Assembly (NCBI GenBank): GCA_013265495.1 | Contig: MU057651.1 | Coordinates: 1,871,674 to 1,935,673, forward strand | Direction: 5' to 3' | Source of the DNA: Vicugna vicugna | Taxonomy: Eukaryota | Length of the DNA stretch: 64,000 nucleotides | In this document: positions 52,821 through 64,000 of the stretch, piece by piece | Layout of the letters: each line of letters opens with the position of its first letter | Position numbering within the stretch: position 1 is the stretch's first letter | Made by a program: the position numbers and the translations under genes | Notes under the pieces: model-generated | The model's input: the letters and a program-made list of their open reading frames with translations, nothing else | Database searches by the model: none | Told to the model about the DNA's origin: nothing

Positions 52821-53459
52821 GTTGAGAAGGAAAAAGAGAGATTGTTCAAGCAGGCAAACAGCTGGAAATGAGCCAAGAAAGGAGGGGCGAGGGCCAAATG
52901 CAGGGAACCACACATCATGTGAGCACCAGGGGTCCCTGGGTAGAGAAAGAAAAGCAGAAACCTGTGGGCTGATAAATGGTCACAACTTTTGGGGTGATGA
53001 GTGGCCTGGAGACCAACAAAAAAAGGTGAGAAAAGGCAGAAATCTCCAGTGTCTGAATGTAGCCTTTTGCTCATTCTGCCCTCATTTCAATAAAATTAGC
53101 CTTGCAGATCAGAAGTCCCCATCATGCACCGAAGCCAGGACACTTCCCATCCAGACTAAATAAGGACAAAAATCCTTCATCCCCTTGGGAAGGTGGAGCT
53201 GGGATGATAATCAGGGAATAGGACCCCAAACCTTTCCCTCCCTGATGAATATCCCATTCATTCATTTTTACACCACATGTAACCAACTTGCCCAAGAAAC
53301 TCAGGGCAGCTGCTCACCTGAGTCTGCCCGCTCCCCCCTGGATAGTGTGCCGTCCATCCCTTAATAAATCCCCCCTTGACCTTCTTAACCTCCGCGTCTT
53401 GTCTCTGAATTCTTTCTGTGACGGGACAAGAACCTGGACACCAGCTACATCTACCAACA
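52821..53459 (+). mobile_element. ERV-type solo LTR, family C
   Basis: LTR-like 3' architecture 'ccttaataaatccccc...gtctctgaattctttctgtgacgggacaagaacctgga...ccaaca'; 5' boundary uncertain (52777-52822). Confidence 0.7.
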
Positions 53460-54031
53460 GCAGTAGGAGCACGTTGATGACACACGGCACTGATGGTGAC
53501 TTAGGGACTGATGGATGGACTCATCGGGGTTTCCTGAGAGAGCAGGACCCTCCCCCCCGAAAGACAACAGGACACAGAGGGGCAGAAAGGATACTGAGAA
53601 CTCCACCGTTACCCTCGGAAGAAAGCAACCAGGGTTAAGGCAGTGCTTGGCCCTGGCAAGTGAGGAAGGCGTTATGGAGAAAAACTAAATCTATAAAGGC
53701 TTACCTTTCGTGTAATGTTGGACCCTAACTTTTTAATACGTTTATTTCAGCTGTTATGTTGGCGATGCCCTTCTAGGTTCTGGTTCATTAAAATTCTGGA
53801 AAATGATAAAGTGACAAAGAGAAAAAATCATCCATGTTTTTGCTTGAAATAGATGCAATGGAAACATTTAAAGGCACCTGCCAAAGCATATTCATGGAAA
53901 AAACAGTCACATTATCTTTCATATATATTTTTCTGGAAGCCCAGACAAGGACAAAGTGATTGAAAACTCACTTAAGAACATGCAGGAAAACCATCAATTT
54001 TTTATTTGATTCACACTTAAAATATTTATAG

Positions 54032-54033
<2 letters not shown>

Positions 54034-54081
<48 letters not shown>
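54034..54081. repeat. (TAA)16 microsatellite
   Basis: Directly visible, perfect. Confidence 0.98.
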
Positions 54082-54082
<1 letters not shown>

Positions 54083-54089
54083 GTATTAT

Positions 54090-54155
54090 CTTCCTATGGT
54101 GACAGATGGTAACTACGCTTGGTGATCATTTTTGTAATTTATAGAAATATTGTAG
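54090..54155 (+). mobile_element. Short old L1 3' UTR fragment
   Basis: 'tatggtgacagatggtaactac...ggtgatcatttt'. Confidence 0.6.
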
Positions 54156-56101
54156 GAACTTGGGCTGGCACTTTTTAGCTGTGAAGTATCCTGTAAGTTG
54201 GCACCGGTCTCCCCAGATATGCTCAGTATCCCCCACCAGCCAGGTGAGGACCAACTTTCTAATTTCTTGTTTTTCTCTTGTTTTGCAGCATCAGCCTTTG
54301 TCTTGGCTCTGCCCTGCCCCCACCCCACCCTTACTGGCACGTACCTTTCTGTCACATGGCCATCACTCCAGCCTGGCTCTTTATGCTTCGTAAAACCTGG
54401 AATTAATAGATGTCTCCTTGGGACTGCCAACCCATAACGCATATATGTGGCCCCTTGTCATTATATCTGGTCCCTCATTCCAGTGATTTCCATCGGTTTC
54501 CATCTCCTCTTTTAGTCTCTTATGACCTTAAGGATGAGCCTTGACTTTGTTTATCTCAGTTGGATTGGCAGGAGATGCTCATCTCATGCCGGACAGTTTA
54601 CCACTTCATGACCACATGCAGGCAAATTAAAAGCCAGGGAGCATATTTTCCTGTATCAGGAAGCAAGTGACAAGGACCCAGATTTTAACTGATGGCTACA
54701 GGCATCTGGTGGCTGGCAGAGGGGCCCGAGGGAGAGGAATGCATGTGTCAGACACTGGCAGTGCTCATGGATGTGGAAGGTCATGTAATGTGATGAAATG
54801 AGATGAGGCAGAGCCATGGGGACCATCCTCCTCTCCTGGATGGATGCTCAGCCCGGCGCTAGTGTGCCTGGCGGGGACCCCAGCTGCAAGGACAAAGACA
54901 GGACTGGCGCCTGGGTTCCCGGCTGAGCAGGAGCACTGCCCGCAGACAGCCTGGCCTGGCCGGGGATTCTATTCACAAAGCATCTTCGCTCAGCCAATGC
55001 CCGGTTCTCTACCACCTGAACGTCCTGCAGTTACTTCCGAGGAAAAACACACCCACAGGTTCACTGAGCATCCAATATACTCCATGCAAAGGCTCCCATT
55101 ACTATGCTTTACCTTACTCTGCAAAACATATACATATTGCAACAGACCAAAAAAAAAAAAAAGAAAACTGATTTTTTTTACAGGTGGGGAATTAAAGCAC
55201 GGATTTATTACCTTAATTGGCAGCGAGGTTAAGTCATGTGCTTAGACTCTCACAGGAAACTGCAGAAATCAACATTTGAACGTAGGCTTTTGGTTTCTTT
55301 TTTTCTGATTCCCAAAGCCATTAAGAAATTAATATAGTGGGCTTCCTTGATGGGGCTTGCAGAATCGTCTTCAAGGGCATGCTCAGTTACAATTATGCAC
55401 CAACCTGAAAACTTTTCCAATGGCTTCGTGAGTGCTGAAGAAAAGCTCCAAATCCTGGATATGACAAATAAAATCTGTGGACAATCAGGGATCAGTCTAC
55501 CAGATAGCCCTGACCTCTTGACACCGAAACCACCCCTTCCCCAGCGTCCTGTGCTCTGTTTACCGTTCTGCAAACAATATTTCCATTTCAGTGTTTTGCA
55601 AGGGGCTTGGACCACTCTTCCCCACTAGACCATCTGGGAGAATTTAACTCTATCTCATCAAGTTGAAAAGACATAGAAACACCTTGACACCTCATGAGCA
55701 CCTTCCTCCAGGCACATCTCTCATTGTATGTTGCGCTGGTCATTGCTCTGCATATGTTCTTCTGGCTAAAACGAGAAGAAATTGGTGACTAGAATGTTAT
55801 GTTTTCTTCTGTGTTAAATCTTAGCACACAGTAGATTCCAACATGTTGGTTGATTTAATTAATCAGTGCTTACTTTTCCATTATTCTGGTGCAACAGAAA
55901 TCAATATTAATTAAAGATACCATCTCAATTCATCTTCAAAAAGATGATTATTCATGTTAAAAATAAATAAATTTGGCAAGCTTAAAAAAAAGATGATTAT
56001 TTGAAGATTTACTTCCTTCTTTAAAATATGGGCATAGTAACTCTGGGGAAGACAGACATGAATCTGTATTGAAGCTGAGCCTCTCTAGAGCAAACTCCGT
56101 A

Positions 56102-56617
56102 TGCAACAGGGAAGAAACAATCTAATTCCTTATCAGATCTGTTCCTTCGGCTCTAACCCTGGGCTCTGTTTCTTGTGCTGAGTCATGCTGGTTCTGCACC
56201 TTTTGTAACAGAATGTAGCCTCAAGCCTGAAATACACAGGACAGCCCATCCTCAAGGCTCTGACCTTTAAGGGTGGAACACTTTCCCAGTCACATAAAGA
56301 TAACAAGTTGCAGAACGGAGAATAACCTTTGTTTTGCTGGAGGTTTGCAGGGACTCCGTGACCTGACCCAGGTGCACAGCTGCAAGAACAAAGGATTCCC
56401 GCAGCAAGAAGTTTGCAACAACCAACCACACCCCCTCCCCTTTTTAGTATAAAAGGAGGCTGAATTCTGACTTGGGGAAGATGGTTCTCTAGGATATTAG
56501 TCCCCCATCTTCTTGGTCTGCTGGCTTTCTGAATAAAGTCAATATTACTTGCCCCAGCACCTCGTCTCCCAACCGGCTTGTCATGTGGTGAGCAGAACGA
56601 GTCCAGACTTGGTAACA
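56102..56617 (+). mobile_element. Full-length ERV1-class solo LTR, family A
   Basis: TG...CA termini; TATAAAA ~56448, AATAAA ~56532; 4-bp flanks cgta/tgta (TSD with one CpG-type change). Confidence 0.92.
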
Positions 56618-57299
56618 TGTAGGCGCCTACATTGCCAAGGGATGATATTCTTGGAAATTACCCCAAGAACAAAAGGAGCCAGGGATGGCCACATGGGAGC
56701 CAGGCTGGCCTCCCAATCTGGCCTTCGGAATTCCTTTGGAAGGATACTTAATTCTTCCTTCTCCAGTTTATTTACACCCACCTCCCCTTGAGAATTGCTG
56801 CCACCAGGGAAGACTCGAAGAATGGCTCTCATCATGTAAAATACAAAAGCGAAAGGGAAAAAAAAATTAATTTGTTCCTTTGGGATTTTGAAGACACATC
56901 TTTATCCTGATTCGAATTTCAGGTGTCTGTAAGGGCAGAAAATAGTTCAAGGTCACTAAGGAAGAGAAACAGGCACGTCTAGATGGTAAAAAAAAAAAAA
57001 TGCCTGAAGCAGTTGATGCCATGCCACTTTCTCTCTTCTGTCAACATTGCCCTTAATCTTGGCTCAAGCCCAGAGGAACGTTTCTCCCTTTCTCAACATT
57101 CAGTTTGATTTGTTTTGATTTTCAGTGTTTTTTGGATTTCTTTCTGCATGCTTGCTATTCATGACTCGACTGTTCCTATCAATACGGAAAATGATATGTT
57201 GGGCACATCTGAAACACCTCTGATGAGTTCTGACAAGTTTCTTTTATCGGCCACTCCTGCACCCATGTCATTTGGAGGCTCTTTTTCTTTTATCCATGG

Positions 57300-57430
57300 A
57301 ATCATATAATTTTAGACCCAGAAGGCTTTCAACTCAGAGGAAATCTAGGTCAAACACCTAATTTCACAGGTGAGGGAGCCCACAACTGGCTGGTGTGTGA
57401 ATCGCTCAGGGTTACAAAACTCATTAAGGA
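57300..57430 (-). mobile_element. MIR3/MIR remnant
   Basis: 'gaatcatataattttagacccagaagg...atctaggtcaaacacctaatttcacaggtgaggg...gctcagggttaca'. Confidence 0.5.
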
Positions 57431-58060
57431 AACCCTGAGAACCAACCATCAAGCTCTGAATGCCCAGAGTTGCTCTTGGATGCTGCGGTTTTTCATGCTA
57501 GTTCACTTAGTCATTCGACGGAACCATCCTCAAGTCCCAAGGTCTGCAGGCTTCACCCTCGGGCTAGGCCTGATGAAACTCGAGGGTGTGAGGACACAGG
57601 CTGGTCAGGCAGGCTCCCCTCCTCCTATGCAATCTCATTACCTGCAAACAGGATTTGTGATGCTGGTGCCACTGGACGACCACAAGGCAAACAATGAAAG
57701 GCCAAATATAAAATTTTGGCTCAGTTCCCAGGAAAAAGAAATAGCCTTTTTTTCCCATCACCTCCTCTTTGAGGTAAGGATATTTCAACTCATGCATTTA
57801 AACACTTATTCACATAGGTTTAAATGATAATCTGTGGTCATTCCATTCGCTTTTGTCATTAGGTACATTTTTTTTTCTTTATTCTAGTTGACCAAAAAAT
57901 GCACTCATTTTACCAGAGTAATCTAACTACCCAGAAATGTTTAAACATTTTAAATTCCCTCATAAATCAGCCTATCCTTCTTGGGGGAAGAAACGTAATG
58001 TTTAACATAAAATCTGAGAGCATATATTTCTATACTGGTATTTGTATATCTATTCTCCAC

Positions 58061-58530
58061 TGTTTGTGTGTGTGTGTGTGTGTCTGTGTCTGTGTCTGTG
58101 TGTGCGTCTATGTGCATTAGTCTGTTTTTGTGTCTCTGTGTGTCTGTGTGTGTCTGTGTGTGTGTCTGTGTGTGTCTCTGTGTCTGTGTTTGTGTGTCTG
58201 TGTGTGTGTCTGAGTGTCTGTGTCTGTGTGTGTTTGTGTGTCTGTGTGTGTCTGCATGTCTGTGTGTGTGTGTGTGTGTATGTGTGTGTCTCTGTGTCTG
58301 TGTTTGTGTGTCTGTGTGTGTGTCTGTGTCTGTATGTGTGTCTGTGTGTGTCTGTGTGTCTGTCTTTTTGTCTGTGTCTGTGTGTGTGTCTATGTGCATT
58401 AGTCTGTTTGTGTGTCTCTGTGTGTGTGTCTGTGTGTTTGTTCCTGTGTGTTTGTGTGTCTGTGTGTGTCTCTGTCTGTGTGTCTGTGTGTCTGTGTGTG
58501 TTTGTGTGTCTGTGTGTGTCTGCATGTCTC

Positions 58531-58567
<37 letters not shown>

Positions 58568-58568
58568 C
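58061..58568. repeat. Compound (TG)n/(TCTG)n simple repeat with internal higher-order duplication
   Basis: ~500 bp of TG/TC units; landmark motifs occur twice. Confidence 0.97.
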
Positions 58569-58749
58569 TAACGTGTGCCCATATCTAGCTATCTCTCCGC
58601 AGTGGAAACACGCTGTGTAACACTGCGAAGCTGGGCCTGTCTCGTTTGACAACAAGTCCCTGGCATTCTATCAGGATGTGTTCCCTGAAGAACGGGACGT
58701 TAGACAAGGGCTTGTGTGTGACACGTAATTTGGAGCTGTGATTCCAGGG

Positions 58750-59420
58750 AGCACGTTCCAGGAGTCAGGGGCGGGGAAGGAAAACGGGCAAGGAGGAAAG
58801 CTGTGTGGAGGCGGGGGATGTCAGGCCGACTGCCGCGTGGGTGCCTGCCTGGGAGCTGCAGGGAACGCATCTCAGTTTTGTCCTGGGCCGAGGAGGAAGG
58901 GTTTACGCACATCCCCATTTTGTCTCACACCACGCCCGCCGCCCCACGTTTCCGGGGTGTACAGGACTGAGAACTGCTGTCGTTTCCCGCATCACGACGT
59001 GAATCCGGAAGCCCTGGGACGTGTGGCAGGACCCTCGTGTCGCAGGTTGAGGCCCGAGTGACGCCATCAAAGTGCACGCAGGACGGTCGCGGTGCGAAAG
59101 GGAGACAGAGAGGCTGAGAGCATCCGAGTGTGCCAGACGCGGCGTCTGGTGAGGTCCGCCCCTCGTGTCGGCCCGGCCGAGCTGTGAAGAAACGGCGCTC
59201 TTGTCCTCCTGCGGGGAAGCTCGCGACACGAGTCCAGCCCACCGCCGAGTCCACTCCCAGGCTGCCGCGACCTCTGGGAATCCCGAACGCCCGCAGGGAG
59301 GTGAAGCAGGCCCAGCCCGTTTTGCTGCTCTGGTTGTGAGTCTGGGGACACTTATGGCCTCCTTCCCCTGCTTCACTCGGCCTTGGCCGGTAATTTGTCT
59401 GCCCTGCGTTGCTGGTCGTG
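58750..59420. promoter_or_regulatory. CpG island-like region with GC boxes
   Basis: About 40 CpGs counted by hand in 58921-59340; GGGGCGGGG at 58768-58776; CCACGCCC at 58930-58937. Confidence 0.6.
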
Positions 59421-59492
59421 AGAGGCAACCTTCACGTTATCCTGGAAGGAACTGAATCCGTAGCTGCCTCCTCTCTTTGAGGCTTTCTGCCC

Positions 59493-59530
59493 TAACAAAT
59501 AACAAATAACAAATAGTTAACAAATAACAA
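59493..59530. repeat. 7-bp tandem repeat (TAACAAA), about 5 units, interrupted
   Basis: taacaaataacaaataacaaatagttaacaaataacaa. Confidence 0.9.
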
Positions 59531-59989
59531 GCCGGGGGACGCCCTGGCTTCTTGAACCCATCTGATCGCTATTGTGTAATAGTAACCCGGGTTTCTCGAG
59601 GTGATCAGGGTAATTTATCCCACCAATTCCACTGGCAGGGAGAACCCAAAATCTAACGGCAGCAACGCTCCCCACACCCCCTGTGGAACAAATCCCCGAA
59701 GCAGGGCACTGGAAGTGATCGTGAAAGGGGCCAGTCTCGCTTCCGTTCCTTGGCTCCTGCGTACTCCAGCACCAGGGCCACAGCACGATGTGTCAGGTGC
59801 ATTTCAAGACCAGAAGGACTTTTTTCTTTTTTTTTAATCATTGCACTTACAGCTCACCACACCTCTGAATGCAGCAAGAATCCCTTTCTGTGCCAACTTA
59901 AAAATTCCATGCTGACACATCTCTTCTCTCCTTCCTTGTCAGTTGGTATTAGGGACCCTACTTCCAAGAAAGAGCAGTTGGTTAAATAT

Positions 59990-60262
59990 AAGTGGAGTGG
60001 AGGGAGGAGACAGGGGAAAACAGAGACAGAGACGCATAGAAAGAAGAAGGTCGTGGGATGGTCGAGCCAAGGATGCCGAGGACTGCCAGCATCCTGCAGA
60101 AGCTGCAGAGAAGCGTGGCGGGTTTTCTCGCTGCACGTGGTTGGTTAACCCTGCTGCACGTGGACTTCAAACTTCCAGCCTGCAGAACTGCGAGAGAACA
60201 CAGTTCTGCTGTGTTGCGCCTACCAGTTTGTGGTAACCCACTACGGCAGACTTGGTAAATTA
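59990..60262 (+). mobile_element. MaLR LTR (MLT1-type), 3' part
   Basis: 'agccaaggatgcc...gaagctg...acttccagcctgcagaactgcgagagaacacagttctgctgt...cagtttgtggtaa'. Confidence 0.8.
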
Positions 60263-60699
60263 TCACCCCCTCCCGCCTGGGGAGTTCTACCCAAGGGCTC
60301 AGAGACACAATCAGAAGGTTGTTCCCACTGTTGAGCATATTTATCTTAATTATGCACTCAGGGACAAGGTGCCTGGCCATAGGATGGGTTCACATTGTTG
60401 CAAGTTGGTCCCCTGGCTTCCAGGACATCTTGCTGGAGCCGTATGATTGCGATGGTTCCCCTACCCAGCAGTCCCTGAGAAGTCTGAATGTCCAGGCACT
60501 GTTAGCCTGGAAAAGAGCCACATTCTTTTAGAGGACAGGGAGAACCTTTGCTTCAAGTCCTTGCAAGGACGTCGTAGGATCTTTTGTCAAAGACACATGG
60601 GCAGCCTTTGATTTGGTGGGCTTGGGCTCCGGCTTAGATCTGAAAACTGACAGAGAGGCTGTGACTTTCCAGTGCAAGACCATCACCATTTTTTATCTA

Positions 60700-60955
60700 C
60701 ATCACCCCTTGGTTTTCCATGCGTCATCCGCCATGGCTACGTATCTTTGTGTGTTAGCCCCGTGAATGCTGCCAATTGCAGTGGTCAGGTCAGTCTTGGG
60801 TCTCAATACCGGTTTTTTTATTTCCTTTCGTTGCTGAATAGTATTTCATGGAATTAATAGACCACAGTTAAAAAATATTCTTCTGTTGATAGGTGCTTGG
60901 GTTGTGTCCAATGATGGGTTATTAAAAACTAAGCTGCTATGAACTTTGGGGGCCA
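60700..60955 (-). mobile_element. Old L1 3' fragment
   Basis: 'ttgctgaatagtatttcatgg...ctgttgataggtgcttgggttgtgtcca...aagctgctatgaac'. Confidence 0.7.
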
Positions 60956-62024
60956 ATTTTTTTTTGTTTTTTACTCACGTTGGATGCTCTCCTGCCTCAC
61001 TTTCCCCAGTTGGGTTAAGCAGATTGTACCTTCCTCAGGGATTGACTCTGATGGCTTGAGGTGAGGCAAGGTCATGGGAATAAAGCAATAGTTGCGGGAG
61101 GGAGCTCAGGAGAGAGCAGCATGCTGGAAAGCGAAGAGGAGGAGATTTTAAGAAGGACTGGTGGTCAGAGGTCTCAAAGGTTGCAGATGACTCGACTCAG
61201 ATAACCGCTGGGCATGTCAGTTTACAAAGTTGAATTTGATCTGCTAAATGCATTTTGGAAAATGGATGGATGGTGTTATGGAGTGAACGGGTGATCATAA
61301 CAGCCAACAGAAAATGTGCAGAATGACCTTGTGATCATCTTGACTATAAAGGAAATTGGACACAGGTCAATTGGCAAAAAAAAAAAAAAAAGGGCACTTT
61401 ATAAAGTTTTTTTTTGTTGTCTCTGGGTTTATCTTATCGTGTGTTTTTGGAATGTGTATTTTCTGAGAAACAAAGAGCCAGCAGAAGAGTAAGACTGAAG
61501 ATGAAGAGAGAGTTAAAACAGATTCTGGCTGAGAGGTGGATGCAGATGAATTTTTACATGGCATTGGATATGCATGTGCGCTAGAGATACGGATATAAAT
61601 CTATAATCTCTAAATATGACATGCTTAGAAAATGCATTCAGATAGAATGAATTTTCAGATAACAGGGTATAAATGACAAGTACTTCAGAAGCATAATTAA
61701 ACCAAAACTGTAAGAAGATTAAAGTGGCGTTGAAAAATCATGGTGCGATCGGAAAGAGCTGGCTAAGACACTGGTTAAAGTAATTAGTGATTAGAATGTA
61801 AATCTCAAAAATGCCTCTGGTCTAGACAGAATATAGATTGAGTGATTTTTATCCTTAAATAGTAATCTCAGAAATTATAAGGGTTCAGAGAAAAACATAG
61901 TAACTAAGTAGTTAAGTCGTAACATCACCAAACTGCTGGAAAAAAAAATTACGTATCACTGTTTTGTACCTATCAAAGGGTTGAGTTCAAAGATGTATTT
62001 ATTTTATGTTACTTTACTTTGTTT

Positions 62025-62990
62025 CTTTTAGTAAAAATTGTATATGTTTAAGGTGTACAAAGTGATGATTTGGTATACATATAAATAGTGAAGTGGTAAC
62101 TGGAGTAAAATTAAGTAACAAATCATCTCATCTTTTGGGAGATGCTAAGAGCACCTTAAATCTACTGTCTTAGCAAATGTCCAGTATTATCCGTTACAGT
62201 CGTCATGTTATACGTTCACTCTCTAGAATTACTCACCTTAAAGAACTGCAACTGTGTCACGTTCTACCAACACCTCCTCACTTTTTCTACCTCCTCCCAC
62301 CATTCCACTGTCTGCTTCCAATGGATCCCCTATTTCAGATTGCATATAAACAAGGTCATGCATATATATGTATGTTCTTTATTTCTGTGTGTGGCTCCTT
62401 TCACTTAGCATAATGTCCTCCAGTTTCAATCATGTTGCACATGGCAAGATCTTTTTGAAGACCGAATAATATTCCATTTTATATATTTAGGAATTTCTTA
62501 TTCATTCATTCATTCATTCATTCATTAACACTTTTTACTGATTTATAATCATTTTACAATATTGTGTCAAATCCCAGTTTGGGCACAGTTTTTTAGTTAT
62601 CCAGGAACACACATATATTCATTGTCACATTCTTTTTTGCTGTGAGCTACCCCAAGATCTTGTAAATATTTCCCTGTGCTCAGCAGTATAATCTTGTTTA
62701 CTTATTCTACATTTTGAAATCCCAGTCTGTCCCTTCCCACCTCCCGCCCTCATTTAGCAATTTCTTTCTTTATTCACCCATCAAGTGACACATAGGTCAT
62801 TTCCAGATTGTGGATATTATGATTAATGTTACATGAGCAGGGGAGTTCAGCTATCCCTTCGAGGCACTGATTTCCCTTGTTTTGGGTTTATACGCACAAG
62901 ACGGATTGCAGGATCATGGGATACTTGGATTTCTCTTTTTTTTTTTTTTTTGAGAAAACGCTATACTATGTTCCACAATGACTGAACCAT
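62025..62990 (-). mobile_element. L1MA-like 3' end, interrupted by a younger L1
   Basis: 'tatatgtttaaggtgtacaaagtgatgatttg...aaatctactgtcttagcaaatgtccagt...ttcacttagcataatgtcctccagtttc'. Confidence 0.85.
62500..62751 (-). mobile_element. Younger L1 3' end nested in the older L1; 15-bp TSD; tail is (ATTC)n
   Basis: Flanks atttaggaatttctt (62485-62499) and atttagcaatttctt (62752-62766). Confidence 0.9.
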
Positions 62991-63431
62991 GATGCATGAC
63001 TAGAGGAATGAATGAATAAGCATAAATGGTAACTGTAAATGCAAATTTGGGAAAATAGAAACAGTTCAGGAATTTTAGGTGGAAATACAAGCAGTTGGAA
63101 CGTCCTTCCCTGGGCACAGGTGTTGTCTATTCTAGGAACAAATTCGAAGGAAAAGGGAATGTCGGGGTGTTCGGGAGGTACACTTACCCCTTTGAATATC
63201 TGCTGGTGGTTTGTGCCAGTTATGGCCATACTTACATCAGCACGGGTCTGTCCTTGTCTATGTTTTGATGGAAAAATGGGTTTCTGGGCCTTTAGCATCA
63301 ACATGATGGAAAATAGGAGGGGGAGGTTAGCTACAACCGTTCCTCGGACGGAATGTGCCCCAGACTGAGAGCGATCGCACCGAGCACGCACCGAAACCAG
63401 GACGAGACTCCCATCTCCAGATCCCACAGAA

Positions 63432-63523
63432 ACAAAGTCCCTTTTGTCACATAAGATAACATGTCTGCAGGTTTGGGGAATTAGGGCTGGACACTGAAGG
63501 GGAGGCATCATTCCGTCTACCAC
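63432..63523 (-). mobile_element. MaLR LTR (MLT1-type), 5' fragment
   Basis: 'aagtcccttttgtcacataagataacat...caggtttggggaattagggctggac...cattccgtctaccac'. Confidence 0.75.
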
Positions 63524-64000
63524 GGGGCTTCAGGTACATTTTCTCATAATCTGCACGATGATTATCACGAGTGACCAAAAAGACTGAATCACATTTACTT
63601 TGTGCAGAATTTATGGTTCGCAGAGAAGGGATAGAAAACTCCATCCATCTCTCGCCCCACATCTTTAAAACCACCTACATTTCTACATGTAGGTGACGCT
63701 GATCTTAAACTACGAGCTCCAGTAATGAGCGCTCGCGGGGTTGGCTTGATTGCATTTTAAAGGAGGGCTTCTGTGGTTTTGCACTTACTGGAATTCCTGA
63801 GCACCAGCAATGCGTGCGTTAAAACTTACTTTCCTCCGTCAGATTGGACTGAGTCTCATTTTGGAGGTGCTGCTCCATGAGGAAAGTTTCCATGGTTGTG
63901 GCAACCCGTGCACCCTGGGCAGGCTCAGGCCACATGGGCTGAAAATGAGCAGAGGAGACGTTCCCACACTGGGTTTCTCCATTTGAAAATCTGTCTAAAT

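Noticed and set aside
55250..55410. Minus-strand 'ttttcag' followed by an open frame to a stop, a possible terminal exon
   Set aside because: Weak acceptor and unrecognised peptide
51696..56618. Similar 145-aa and 161-aa ORFs suggesting paralogous genes
   Set aside because: Both are antisense translations of family-A LTR copies
57950..58655. ORFs of 167-201 aa rich in C/V or T/H/D
   Set aside because: Translations of the TG/TC simple repeat

Overview
Mammalian non-coding genomic DNA, very probably camelid (Camelus/Lama/Vicugna). Two copies of a tRNA-derived SINE resemble the camelid vic-1 family, and many short L1 3' ends share a cetartiodactyl-type 3' UTR. I found no protein-coding exon, RNA gene, CRISPR array or prokaryotic system I can support. 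The ORF track is explained by chance ORFs, decayed repeats and simple repeats. The window is intergenic or deep-intronic and layered with old L2/MIR/L1M/MaLR remnants, several ERV-type solo LTRs from at least four families, younger L1 3' ends with recognisable target-site duplications (TSDs), and micro/minisatellites. Best leads: (1) a polyadenylated non-L1 fragment (AATAAA, 21 nt, poly(A)) inserted into an old L1 and later partly tandem-duplicated at ~30.9-31.3 kb; (2) an apparently orphan CpG island at ~58.75-59.4 kb between a structured TG/TC repeat and a forkhead-like motif array; (3) an LTR family whose two long copies both keep a perfect NF-E2/NRF2-sMAF site; (4) internally deleted L1s joining a 5' end to ORF2; (5) CpG-rich decayed repeats suggestive of GC-biased gene conversion. 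Repeat names and boundaries come from by-eye comparison with remembered consensus sequences and are approximate unless a TSD is given.
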